NCBI GenBank assembly: GCA_964577315.1
Contig: CAZNYT010000004.1
Coordinates: forward strand, 2,482 to 66,481
From: an uncultured Desulfovibrionales bacterium
GTDB taxonomy: Bacteria > Desulfobacterota > Desulfovibrionia > Desulfovibrionales > Desulfonatronovibrionaceae
DNA: 64,000 nucleotides
Direction: 5' to 3'
The first letter of the stretch is position 1, and each line of letters begins with the position of its first letter. The position numbers and the translations under genes were made by a program. Under the pieces are notes generated by a model. The model searched no databases, was not told the DNA's origin, and saw nothing but the letters and a program-made list of their open reading frames with translations. Positions 29,820 to 38,549 of the stretch are shown one piece after another.

Positions 29820-30812
29820 ATGAAGAGCGAATACAGGCAGAATCGTTTGACAGGGGAATGGGTCATTTTTGCTCCTTCCCGGCGAAAGCGCCCCAAGGAT
29901 TTTGTGGGAGAGAGCCAGGAGCGTCATCAGCCTGAATACGATCCCGGATGTCCGTTCTGCCCGGGTAACGAGGATCAATTGACTGAGGTGGTGTTCGAGT
30001 CCAGGGGACAAAGTGCTCCAGGCTGGTCCTGTAGGGCGGTTTATAATAAATATCCGGCGCTTAGTCCCGAGGGGGAAACCACAAGATCCTGGAACGGGAT
30101 GTACTTGTGTGCAGATGGCTTCGGTTACCACATGGTGCTGGTGGAAACCCCCAGGCATGATCTGCAAATGGATAAAATGAGCCCGGAACAGGTGGAAAAC
30201 GTCCTGAAAATTTACCGTTATTGCTATGGCTTGCTGGCAGAAGATCCCAGGGTCATGCTGATCATGATCTTCAAGAACTACGGCTTGGGTGCTGGGGCTT
30301 CTCTGGTTCATCCCCACTCCCAGGTGGTGGGATCAGGTATTGTCCCCAAGTATGTTCGGGACCGGGAAAACGAAGCCCAGAAGTATTTTGACGAGATGGG
30401 CAGATGTCTCTTGTGTGATGTGGTGGAATTTGAGCTGAGCCAAAAGGAAAGAGTGATATTTACCAATCCCAGCTTTACGTGCTTTGTTCCTTACGCTGCG
30501 GAAGCCCCCTTCGAGATGTGGCTTGTCCCCCGTAGGCACATGGCGGACTTCCAGGCAATAAATGACCTGGAAATGGGGGATTTGGCCTTGGGTTTGCAGT
30601 GGGCCCTGCATACCATGGCTTACAAGTTGAATTCACCGGATTACAACATGGCCATTTATTCCTGCACCAGGTTCAAGGACAACGAACCTCATCTGCACTG
30701 GTATATCAGGATCGTGCCCAGGCTTACCACCAGGGCGGGCTTTGAGATCGGCTCCGGCATGTGCATCAATCCTTCCTTGCCCGAGGCGGATGCCGAGTTT
30801 TTGCGCAGTTGA
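29820..30812 (+). CDS. GalT-family (HIT superfamily) hexose-1-phosphate nucleotidyltransferase or NDP-glucose phosphorylase
   Basis: 330 aa with the zinc site CPFCPGNE and the active-site motif HPHSQ. It starts 4 nt after the sucrose synthase stop. Confidence 0.8.
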   Translation: MKSEYRQNRLTGEWVIFAPSRRKRPKDFVGESQERHQPEYDPGCPFCPGNEDQLTEVVFESRGQSAPGWSCRAVYNKYPALSPEGETTRSWNGMYLCADGFGYHMVLVETPRHDLQMDKMSPEQVENVLKIYRYCYGLLAEDPRVMLIMIFKNYGLGAGASLVHPHSQVVGSGIVPKYVRDRENEAQKYFDEMGRCLLCDVVEFELSQKERVIFTNPSFTCFVPYAAEAPFEMWLVPRRHMADFQAINDLEMGDLALGLQWALHTMAYKLNSPDYNMAIYSCTRFKDNEPHLHWYIRIVPRLTTRAGFEIGSGMCINPSLPEADAEFLRS

Positions 30813-30822
30813 GCCGGTATGG

Positions 30823-31614
30823 CTATAACGTCCGGGGCCTGATTTTGTAGGCATAGACAAGCAGACCCGCTCCCAGAAGGATCATGGGCAGGGAAAGTAT
30901 TTGTCCCATGGTCATCCAGTCCATGAAGATGAATCCCAAATGGGGATCAGGTTCCCGGAAAAATTCCACGAAGAAACGAAATGTACCGTATCCCAGGCAG
31001 AACAGCCCGGATACCGCCATTTGGGGCCTGGGCCGAGCGGAAAAGATCCAGAGGATGATGAACAAAAGCAAGCCTTCCAGAAGGGCCTGGTAGATCTGGG
31101 AAGGATGTCTGGGGATCATATCCGTTCCGGGAAAAACCATGGCCCAGGGCAAGTCCGTGGGGCGGCCCCACAGTTCAGCGTTTATAAAATTGCCTATCCG
31201 GCCGCACATGACTCCCAGGGCTCCCATGGGAGCCACGAAATCCGTGACCTGGAAGAACGTCCTCCCGGTTTTGCGGGCATACCAGAACATGGCTATCACC
31301 GCTCCGATGAGACCGCCGTGAAAGGACATTCCTCCTTCCCAGATCATGAGGACCGTCCAGGGCTGGGATATGAATCCCATGAGATCGTAGAAAACCATGT
31401 ATCCCAGCCTGGCCCCGACAATAATCCCCAGGGCACCGAATAACACCAGATCCGGGAGCTCTTTCACGTCCCAGCCCGAGCCGGGCTGTTTCGCCCGGTA
31501 ACGGGCCAGGATCCAGGCCAGGGTGAAGCCGGCTAGGTACATGAGGCCGTACCAGCGGATTTCCAAGGGGCCTAAAGCTATGGCTACCGGGTCGAAACTA
31601 GGGTGTTCGAGCAT
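30823..31614 (-). CDS. lgt: Prolipoprotein diacylglyceryl transferase
   Basis: 263-aa polytopic membrane protein with IRWYGLMYLAGF and GRIGNFINAELWGRPT. Confidence 0.92.
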   Translation of the reverse strand: MLEHPSFDPVAIALGPLEIRWYGLMYLAGFTLAWILARYRAKQPGSGWDVKELPDLVLFGALGIIVGARLGYMVFYDLMGFISQPWTVLMIWEGGMSFHGGLIGAVIAMFWYARKTGRTFFQVTDFVAPMGALGVMCGRIGNFINAELWGRPTDLPWAMVFPGTDMIPRHPSQIYQALLEGLLLFIILWIFSARPRPQMAVSGLFCLGYGTFRFFVEFFREPDPHLGFIFMDWMTMGQILSLPMILLGAGLLVYAYKIRPRTL

Positions 31615-31641
31615 ATTTGCTTTCCGTTGTAGTTGAAACTA

Positions 31642-32448
31642 TCAGGCCTTGGCCCTGGCCGGGAGCAGGCTGGACAGGGCAAACGCAGCTGCGGCCACAA
31701 GGACAATGGTGGCGCCTGTGGTCAAATCCAGATAATAAGCTACCCAGATACCGGACTGGGTGAAAACTATGCTTATGAGTATGGCCAGAAGCATCATTTG
31801 CTTCAGGGAACGGGAGTATTTCTCAGCAATATAGGACGGAATGGTTAAAAGGGCAATAACCAGTATCAGGCCCACCACCTGGATGGTCATGACCACCGTC
31901 ATGGCAACCATGACCAGGAGCAGAAAATAAAGCGCGGTAACCGGGACTCCCACTGCTCTGGCGAATTCCTCGTCGTGGGACATGGCCAGGAAGTCCTTGT
32001 AAAATATTAGCACCAGGACTGTGATGGCCAGGCTTAGCCCTGCCATGGTCCATAGGGCGCTAGAGGGGACCATGAGGATGCTGCCGAACAGATAGCTCAT
32101 GAGGTCTACCCTGTATCCCGGGGTCAGGTCCAGAAGGATTATGCCCGTGGACATGCCTACGGCCCAGATGACGCCTATGAAAGTATCCGCCCGGTGTTTG
32201 CGGCTGTGGCTGACCAGGCCCATGGTCAAAGCGGAGATAAGCGCAGCCATTCCTGCGCCCAGGGAAGGGGGAAAGCCGACAAAGAAGGCCAGGCCGATGC
32301 CGCCGTAAGAGGCGTGGGCAATGCCCCCGGAAATGAACACCAGCCTGTTGACCACTACCATGGCCCCGATGATGCCACAGGCGATGCTTACCAAAAAGCC
32401 CGCTGTCAGGGCATTGCGCATGAAATCGTACTGCAGGATCTCTAGCAT
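31642..32448 (-). CDS. znuB: Metal (Zn/Mn) ABC transporter permease
   Basis: 268-aa ABC-3 family membrane protein, last gene of the znuA-znuC-znuB order. Confidence 0.85.
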   Translation of the reverse strand: MLEILQYDFMRNALTAGFLVSIACGIIGAMVVVNRLVFISGGIAHASYGGIGLAFFVGFPPSLGAGMAALISALTMGLVSHSRKHRADTFIGVIWAVGMSTGIILLDLTPGYRVDLMSYLFGSILMVPSSALWTMAGLSLAITVLVLIFYKDFLAMSHDEEFARAVGVPVTALYFLLLVMVAMTVVMTIQVVGLILVIALLTIPSYIAEKYSRSLKQMMLLAILISIVFTQSGIWVAYYLDLTTGATIVLVAAAAFALSSLLPARAKA

Positions 32449-32452
32449 GATC

Positions 32453-33211
32453 TCAATGGTGCCTCAGTACCCTATGGGGAACATCGCCGTGAGTGATAAG
32501 CTCCACCGGGCAGTGGTATACCTTTTCCAGCATTTCTTGGCTGATTTCTGCTGCATCGTGGTAGTGGAGATTCCGGTTTACACAGGCCACAGCCTTGACG
32601 TGGCTGTAGAGTACCGATAGGTCATGGCTGATGACGATAACAGTGGTTCCCCAGTCGTTTAATTCCTTGAGAAGATCATACAACCTGGTGTGAAAGGCCT
32701 GGTCCACTGCAGCGGTGGGTTCGTCCAGAAAAAGTATCTGGGGTTGAGCCACCAGGGCCCGGGCAATAAGCACCCTTTGTTTCTGTCCGCCAGAGAGGCT
32801 GCCTATATTTCGCCTGGCATAGTCCTGCATCCCGACCTGCTCCAGGGCCTGATGGGCCAGATTTGAATCCCTGTCAGTGAAGCGTCTCCAGCGACCCAGG
32901 TGTCCCAGACGCCCCACAAGGACAGTTTCGTGCACGGTAATGGGAAATTTGTCTGTTCCGCTCTGGCTCTGAGGAACGTAACCCACTAAATGGGGCAGGG
33001 CTCCGGGAGGTTTTCCCAATACCCGGATCCGACCCTGGGAGGGCTGAAGGATCCCCAATAAAATCCGCATCAGGGTGGTCTTGCCTCCTCCGTTGGGTCC
33101 GAGAACAGCCAGGAATTCTCCCTGCGTTACCTGCATGTTCACGTCTTCCAGAACCGGGTGGTGGTTGTAGGCAAAGCTTAAGCCCTGAATTTCTATGGCG
33201 TATTCATTCAT
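32453..33211 (-). CDS. znuC: Metal (Zn/Mn) ABC transporter ATP-binding protein
   Basis: 252 aa with Walker A GPNGGGKTT, signature LSGGQKQR and Walker B ILFLDEP. Confidence 0.9.
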   Translation of the reverse strand: MNEYAIEIQGLSFAYNHHPVLEDVNMQVTQGEFLAVLGPNGGGKTTLMRILLGILQPSQGRIRVLGKPPGALPHLVGYVPQSQSGTDKFPITVHETVLVGRLGHLGRWRRFTDRDSNLAHQALEQVGMQDYARRNIGSLSGGQKQRVLIARALVAQPQILFLDEPTAAVDQAFHTRLYDLLKELNDWGTTVIVISHDLSVLYSHVKAVACVNRNLHYHDAAEISQEMLEKVYHCPVELITHGDVPHRVLRHH

Positions 33212-33364
33212 CTTATGCCTAGGCCGGATTGAACGACCAGAGTGTTTTATATGCCCTTGTACCTGGCTTGTCCGGGAGGCAACCGTTCAGGGGACATGAG
33301 TGGTGATTCTTGCTGGATTCCTCTAGGCAGCCTCCCGGAGAGGGGACATTTAGTTAGCCGATTA

Positions 33365-34378
33365 TCAGTGCTCCATGGCTTTTCTGAATTTTTCAGCCAC
33401 GGTAAGCATGTTTTCTTTCCAGTTCTCTGCCAAGGGGTCAATGGAGACAGTTTCTCCGTCAATGGAGTCGGCTATGGTTTCAGCGCTTCGCTTGGAAAAC
33501 TGCGGGGATACAAACACGACTTTTATGTTTTCCTCCCTAGCTGTGTCAATAAGCTCCTTGAGGTCAGCAGATCTGGGCTCCCGTCCTTCCACTTCTACAG
33601 GGACCTGGACAAGACCGTAGGCCCGAGCAAAGTATCCCCAGGCAGGATGAAAGACCATGAACTTGTTGCCGGGTGGGACATCGTTGAAAATAGACTTAAT
33701 TTCCTGGTCAAGCTCAAGCAGCTCGCGGATAAAGGAAAGGTAGTTCTCCTTGAACTCTGTCTCTGCCTGCGGCATGGCCTCAGACAGGGCCCTGTATACG
33801 TTGTCCGCGATTATCATTGCCAGGTCCGGAGACAGCCATACGTGTGGGTCTAGGCCTTCGTGGCCGTGGTCATGACCGTTGTGGTGATCATGCTCGTGGT
33901 TATGACCATTGTGGTGATTGTTTTCGTGATCATGCCCATGGTTGTGTTCACTGTGGTGGTCATGGTCGTGATCATGGCCATGGCCGCAGTCCTGCAGCAT
34001 GGATATTTTCTGAATGCCCCGGTCCAGGTGGACTATGTCCAGGTCCGGGTGTGTGGACTTTATCCTGGGCAGGAGTGCATTTTCGTATTCAACCCCGATG
34101 GCCATGTATAGGTCAGCCTGGCCCATCTTTCTAATCTGTGAGGGCTTGGGCTCGAAGGTGTGGGGGTTGGCCCCTGGCGGCAAAAGCACAGTGGTATCGA
34201 TCATTTCTCCCCCGATTCTTTCTGCAAAATATTTTTGCGGGGCTATGCTCACCATGGCTTGGATCCTGTCCTGGTCAGCAGAGGCTTGGCCTGGGGAAAA
34301 CGTGGCGAACAAGATGGCTAGACCCAAAAATAAAGATATAAAATAATGTGGGAACAAGCTTGCTTTGTTTTGGATCAT
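33365..34378 (-). CDS. znuA: Metal ABC transporter substrate-binding protein with a long His/Asp-rich loop
   Basis: 337 aa with a signal peptide and ZnuA/TroA cluster-9 fold motifs. A ~45-residue loop reads GHGHDHDHDHHSEHNHGHDHENNHHNGHNHEHDHHNGHDHGHEG, typical of zinc-specific ZnuA. Confidence 0.88.
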   Translation of the reverse strand: MIQNKASLFPHYFISLFLGLAILFATFSPGQASADQDRIQAMVSIAPQKYFAERIGGEMIDTTVLLPPGANPHTFEPKPSQIRKMGQADLYMAIGVEYENALLPRIKSTHPDLDIVHLDRGIQKISMLQDCGHGHDHDHDHHSEHNHGHDHENNHHNGHNHEHDHHNGHDHGHEGLDPHVWLSPDLAMIIADNVYRALSEAMPQAETEFKENYLSFIRELLELDQEIKSIFNDVPPGNKFMVFHPAWGYFARAYGLVQVPVEVEGREPRSADLKELIDTAREENIKVVFVSPQFSKRSAETIADSIDGETVSIDPLAENWKENMLTVAEKFRKAMEH

Positions 34379-34429
34379 TTACTCCTCCTTTAGTCTGCAG
34401 GTTGGGCACCGTTTTATGGTAAATACATA

Positions 34430-34677
34430 GTAACTTATTCACCCAATCTTTTTGCGTGCTGCGTACCTGGCTCACCGCTTTTCTAGGCTCGGCTTGCTGA
34501 AGCAAGTATTGAAGGAAATTTCAAATTCCAAGCACTAAATTTCAAAACAAGATCCGGGTATTTACTCAGGTGAACCTTTAACCTTTTTTTAAACTCTCAA
34601 GTACCGTAGCCTCGCCAAGAAAATCGGTGGAACCTCCGGCGAAAGCACGTAAAAAGAGCCTGTGAACAGTTGATAAA
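34430..34677. repeat. Repeat family 1 (MITE-like), copy D, ~250 bp
   Basis: Left end GTAACTTATTCACCCAATCTTTTTGCGTGC. Internal blocks TTTTCTAGGCTCGGCTT and AGCCTCGCCAAGAAAATCGGTG. The right end is degenerate (GCACGTAAAAAGAGCCTGTGAACAGTTGAT). Confidence 0.8.
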
Positions 34678-34728
34678 CAGTCTACTTCATGTGTAATTGA
34701 AATTTATTAGCAGATGCGATATAAAATT

Positions 34729-34744
34729 TGATAATATTTTATCA
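34729..34744. promoter_or_regulatory. Fur-family box-like palindrome, candidate Zur operator
   Basis: TGATAATATTTTATCA is a 6-4-6 palindrome 90 nt upstream of the zur-like gene, in the divergent znuA/zur region. Confidence 0.5.
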
Positions 34745-34833
34745 TTTTAGTGCTGTCAACTCCAGGTTGCAAAAAAGGTCAAAACCTGCAAGAATCTATT
34801 ATGCTATTTTCTTGAATTATTTCGAGGGTTTTT

Positions 34834-35208
34834 ATGAAGCATAGTACCCGGCAACGTTACGCCATTCTGGAAAGCTTGCGAGCAGCTCCAGGGCCGATGA
34901 GTCCCAAGGAGATTCTGGAAGCCTCCCGCAAACAGGTTCCTGGCTTGGGAATAGCCACGGTTTACCGCAATCTCAAATTATTGGTGCAAGAAGGGGTGGT
35001 TCGGGAGTTGGTTCTGCCTGAACCCGGCACACGCTACGAGCTGTCCGGATTAAAGCACCACCATCATTTCCAGTGCCGGGGATGCGATCGAGTGTTTTGC
35101 CTGGATGGATGTCCCGGAGAAATCGAAGCCTTAACTCCCGAGGGGTTTGATCTGGAAGAGCACGAAATAGTCTTGTACGGTAGGTGTTCCGGGTGTATTC
35201 GGGGCTAG
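34834..35208 (+). CDS. zur: Fur-family metalloregulator, probably Zur
   Basis: 124 aa with a winged-helix N-terminus and metal-site motifs HHHHFQCRGC and RCSGC. It is divergent from znuABC. Confidence 0.8.
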   Translation: MKHSTRQRYAILESLRAAPGPMSPKEILEASRKQVPGLGIATVYRNLKLLVQEGVVRELVLPEPGTRYELSGLKHHHHFQCRGCDRVFCLDGCPGEIEALTPEGFDLEEHEIVLYGRCSGCIRG

Positions 35209-35256
35209 ATCCGGAATAGGGCTGGCATATGTGATGGTGCTAATACTCAGCCGTAA

Positions 35257-36564
35257 TCACCCCTGATATAGATCGGGCAAAAACAGGGCCAGTTGAGGGA
35301 AGGCAGTCAGAATGGCGATACACAGGATTATGCTGAGCAGATAGGGCCATACTCCCCTAAAAATGGTTACTACAGGCGTGTCCTTGACTATACCCGCCAC
35401 CACGTACACGTTGGCCCCCACAGGGGGAGTGATCACCCCCATGCCCACCACCAAGACAATAACCACCCCGAACCAGATAGGGTCAAATCCCAATTGTACT
35501 GCTACGGGATAGAAAATGGGTATGGTTAATAGTATCAAGGCCAGGGCGTCAATAAAGCAACCTAGTATCAGATAAACCACAAGGATTACCGCTAGCACGG
35601 CTATGGGATGTATGGGCAAATCTCCGGCCCACATGGCAAGATTGGTGGGGATTTGGGTTACCGCCAAGAAACGCCCGAAAATGGTGGCTGCCGCCACCAG
35701 GAACATGATCATGGCAGATATCCGAATAGAGTCTTTTAGGGAGTTCAAAAAACCCTGCCAATTGATCTGCCTTCTTAAAAGGGCAACTGCCAAAGTAGCA
35801 GCTGCACCTACAGCCCCAGCCTCGGTGGGGGTGAAGTACCCCATGAAGAGCCCACCTATAACTACCAGAAATATGATTACTACTTCGATACCCCCATAAA
35901 GCACAGCCTTGACCTTGCTCTTAACATCTATTTCCGGCCCGGGTGGTGCCAGCTCCGGTCTGCGTTTGGCCCGGAGATAGGTGACCAGCATGAACAGGGA
36001 CATGAGAAGTACTCCCGGTATAATGCCTGCAAGGAAGAGCAGGGCTATGGACTCTCCCGTTGCTATGCCGTACAGGATAAATATTACGCTAGGCGGAATC
36101 ATGACTCCCAGGATGGCTGATGAAGCTACCACCGAGGTAGCCAGGGAGCGTTGATAATTGTATCTTTTCATTTCAGGTACCGCTACCGCGCTCATGGTGG
36201 CGGCCGTGGCGGTTGTGGATCCGCAGATGGCCCCGAATACCGTGCTTGCACCTACAGTGGCCAGGGCTAATCCTGCGGGCAGCTTCCCCATGACCTTGTA
36301 GGTGGCGTCGAATATTCTGCGGCTTATGCCGGCATGATAGGCCAGGTATCCCATCCAGACGAACAAGGGTACCACTATCAGGGAATAGGAAGCGAAGGTG
36401 TTGTAAAGGGTGGAAGCGGCAATGGACAGGGCTGCGTTCCAGGATATGAGATGGGCGTATCCGGCCACGCCCACAATTACCATGACATAAGCCACTGGCA
36501 TCCTGGCCGCGATCAAAACAAACACCAGCAGGACGCCCGCGATTCCGACCTCTACTGGGCTCAC
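35257..36564 (-). CDS. dctM: TRAP transporter large permease subunit
   Basis: 435-aa polytopic DctM-family protein overlapping dctQ by 4 nt. Confidence 0.9.
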   Translation of the reverse strand: MSPVEVGIAGVLLVFVLIAARMPVAYVMVIVGVAGYAHLISWNAALSIAASTLYNTFASYSLIVVPLFVWMGYLAYHAGISRRIFDATYKVMGKLPAGLALATVGASTVFGAICGSTTATAATMSAVAVPEMKRYNYQRSLATSVVASSAILGVMIPPSVIFILYGIATGESIALLFLAGIIPGVLLMSLFMLVTYLRAKRRPELAPPGPEIDVKSKVKAVLYGGIEVVIIFLVVIGGLFMGYFTPTEAGAVGAAATLAVALLRRQINWQGFLNSLKDSIRISAMIMFLVAAATIFGRFLAVTQIPTNLAMWAGDLPIHPIAVLAVILVVYLILGCFIDALALILLTIPIFYPVAVQLGFDPIWFGVVIVLVVGMGVITPPVGANVYVVAGIVKDTPVVTIFRGVWPYLLSIILCIAILTAFPQLALFLPDLYQG

Positions 36565-37061
36565 TCCGGTTTTCTCCCGTGAATTGCTGTTTTTATGGAT
36601 CTGGCGAGCTCAATAACCGTGGTTAGGGCCAACATGATCATGCCCAGGGCCACCAGGTAATAGACCGGGAAAACAGGTATATCCAGGGAGGAAGTGGAAA
36701 GATTTCTTCTGTGTACAGTTTCCGCGTACTGAATTAGCCCCCAGCTTATAAGGGAAATAAAGACCAAGGAGATGGTATTGGTCAAGGTATCTACGATGCC
36801 TTGCCATCTGTTAGGCAAACTATCCACCAAGAGGGTGACAGTGACATGTCCTCTATGTACCGCACAATAGGCCAGGCCCAAGGACAACAGGAGCGCACCC
36901 ATAATCTCCACCAATTCGTAGCTTCCTGTCAAGGGTTTCCAAAGAGCGCGCATGACAATATTGGCCACAATAACGAGCATGACCGCTGCTAACGCAGCCT
37001 GAGCCACTTGGGAAGTTCGCAGTGCCAAATAGTTAACAATTTTTTCCAGATGAGACAGCAT
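36561..37061 (-). CDS. dctQ: TRAP transporter small permease subunit
   Basis: 166 aa with 4 predicted TM helices, immediately upstream of dctM. Confidence 0.85.
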   Translation of the reverse strand: MLSHLEKIVNYLALRTSQVAQAALAAVMLVIVANIVMRALWKPLTGSYELVEIMGALLLSLGLAYCAVHRGHVTVTLLVDSLPNRWQGIVDTLTNTISLVFISLISWGLIQYAETVHRRNLSTSSLDIPVFPVYYLVALGMIMLALTTVIELARSIKTAIHGRKPE

Positions 37062-37127
37062 AGCTACATTTTTGGGGACTGAATTCTTGTATCCGCGAAA
37101 ACGCGCCTCGGCCTATTAAGGACAAAA

Positions 37128-37160
37128 GGGCTTTCCTGGATATGGAATCCAGAAAAGCCC
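37128..37160 (-). terminator. Intercistronic hairpin or attenuator between dctP and dctQ
   Basis: GGGCTTTCCTGGAT-atgg-AATCCAGAAAAGCCC. On the minus strand it is followed by TTTTGT. It lies in the 264-nt dctP-dctQ spacer. Confidence 0.55.
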
Positions 37161-37325
37161 ATGATGTTTACATTCAGATCTCGAGAGTTAAAGTTAAAAG
37201 TAAAGGCGAAGAAATCAGTAGGTTAAATCAGTTATCGCTACGTACAGGTGGAACTGTATATAAATGGTCAATAAAAACAAGGTGTTGCCAGGGAACTTTG
37301 GACTGGCAAGGTTCAGATTAAGCTG

Positions 37326-38390
37326 TTAGAAATCTGAGTATTTTTCCGAGTATTTTTTGTCCAATTCCCGAACGATATCCACGGCTTCCCTGCCGGGCAA
37401 TCCGCGTTCATTCTGCCTCTGGATCCAATTTTCAGTCACAGGCTCCACGGTTTCACGCCATTCTTCCTCCTGTCCCGGATCCAACTCCAGGGTTTCAATG
37501 CCGTGTTCCTGGATTCCGTATTCCAGGCCTTTTCTGGTGTACTCGGTCCTTATTTTCCCGTATTCTTCCACAAATTCCTGGTTCAATTCTTCAAAAACCT
37601 CTTGTATATCCGGGGGCAGAGCGTTCCAGGTATCCTTGTTCATGACCTTCATAAAAACCACATTGTACAGGAATGGAGTGTGTGTGACATAATCCACTAC
37701 TTCCGCCAGCCTGAATCCCTCAAGGGTGTCAGTGGGGGCAAGTATGCCGTCCACAATCCCCTGGTCCAGGGCCAGGTAAGACTCGGACATGGGCATGGAA
37801 TGGGTGGTAGCGCCCAGTTCTTCCAGGGGGGAAATAGTACCGCCTACTGCTCTTATTTCCAAGCCGGACATATCGTCCAAGGTTTGTACCGGTTGTTTGC
37901 TCATAATGTTGCCCGGGCCGGTGGCCCAAAACATAAGGACCTTGACGTCTTCGAACTCATCCACCCCTAGGTCCTGTTTGATCCTTTTATAGCCTTCGTG
38001 GACTGTCCAGGAAGCGGCCAGCGCGTTTTTGTTTTCATATCCGGGCAGCTCGAAGGCTTCGGTTAGGGGGAAAACTCCCGGGGTATACGAGGGACAGGTG
38101 GTGCCGATATCTGCTACTCCTTCAGCTACCCCGTGATAGATTTCCTTGGCCCCTAGGAGGGCCTCTCCGGCATGAAGATTAATGTTTACCCGTCCATCGG
38201 TTCTTTCCTGGACCTCTTGAATCCAGCGTTCATGTCCCTGGGTCACCATGAAATCCGTAGCTGGCCAAAAAGTGGCCATGGACAGATCATAGGTTCTGAC
38301 GGCTTCCTCCTCTTCTTCTGCACAGCCCCAAAGAGAGGCAAGGGCAAGAACCAGGACAAGCCCCGCACAAAAGCAAAATTTGCTTTTCAT
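37326..38390 (-). CDS. dctP: TRAP transporter substrate-binding protein (DctP family)
   Basis: Lipoprotein-type signal peptide MKSKFCFCAGLVLVLALASLWGC. The start is trimmed to the ATG at 38390, which is preceded by GGAGGGA. Confidence 0.88.
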   Translation of the reverse strand: MKSKFCFCAGLVLVLALASLWGCAEEEEEAVRTYDLSMATFWPATDFMVTQGHERWIQEVQERTDGRVNINLHAGEALLGAKEIYHGVAEGVADIGTTCPSYTPGVFPLTEAFELPGYENKNALAASWTVHEGYKRIKQDLGVDEFEDVKVLMFWATGPGNIMSKQPVQTLDDMSGLEIRAVGGTISPLEELGATTHSMPMSESYLALDQGIVDGILAPTDTLEGFRLAEVVDYVTHTPFLYNVVFMKVMNKDTWNALPPDIQEVFEELNQEFVEEYGKIRTEYTRKGLEYGIQEHGIETLELDPGQEEEWRETVEPVTENWIQRQNERGLPGREAVDIVRELDKKYSEKYSDF

Positions 38391-38549
38391 GTTTTCCCTC
38401 CGTTGCGATAAAGTATCCAGGATGGTAACTAATGTGTGACTTCGACTAGAGTGTATATATACCAAGCAAGCGGCTTTGTAAAACATGTTTTCACAGGCGC
38501 TTGAAAGCCTCATGATGGCAAATCACGATTTATGATCCCGGCTTAAGCT

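Noticed and set aside
28146-30317. Two long minus-strand ORFs (385 and 330 aa) antisense to sucrose synthase and the GalT-like gene
   Set aside because: The plus-strand frames carry unambiguous family motifs. The antisense products are Gly/Pro/Leu-rich and motif-free. They are typical shadow ORFs of a GC-biased third codon position.
30813-30822. Missing terminator in the 10-bp gap between the convergent GalT-like and lgt genes
   Set aside because: This is noted only as an oddity. No hairpin can fit in the gap, and termination presumably occurs inside the opposing genes. There is too little evidence to propose antisense regulation.
33817-34134. Plus-strand ORFs with Val/Met/His runs (MAVVMTVVVIMLVV...) that could look like a hydrophobic or metal-binding peptide
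   Set aside because: They are the reverse complement of the His/Asp codon run (CAT/CAC/GAT/GAC) encoding the ZnuA His-rich loop.
38404-38420. Sigma-54-like GG-N10-GC (CTGGATACTTTATCGCA, minus strand) upstream of dctP
   Set aside because: Only the GG and GC dinucleotides match. It also lies so close to the RBS that the transcript would lack a usable leader.
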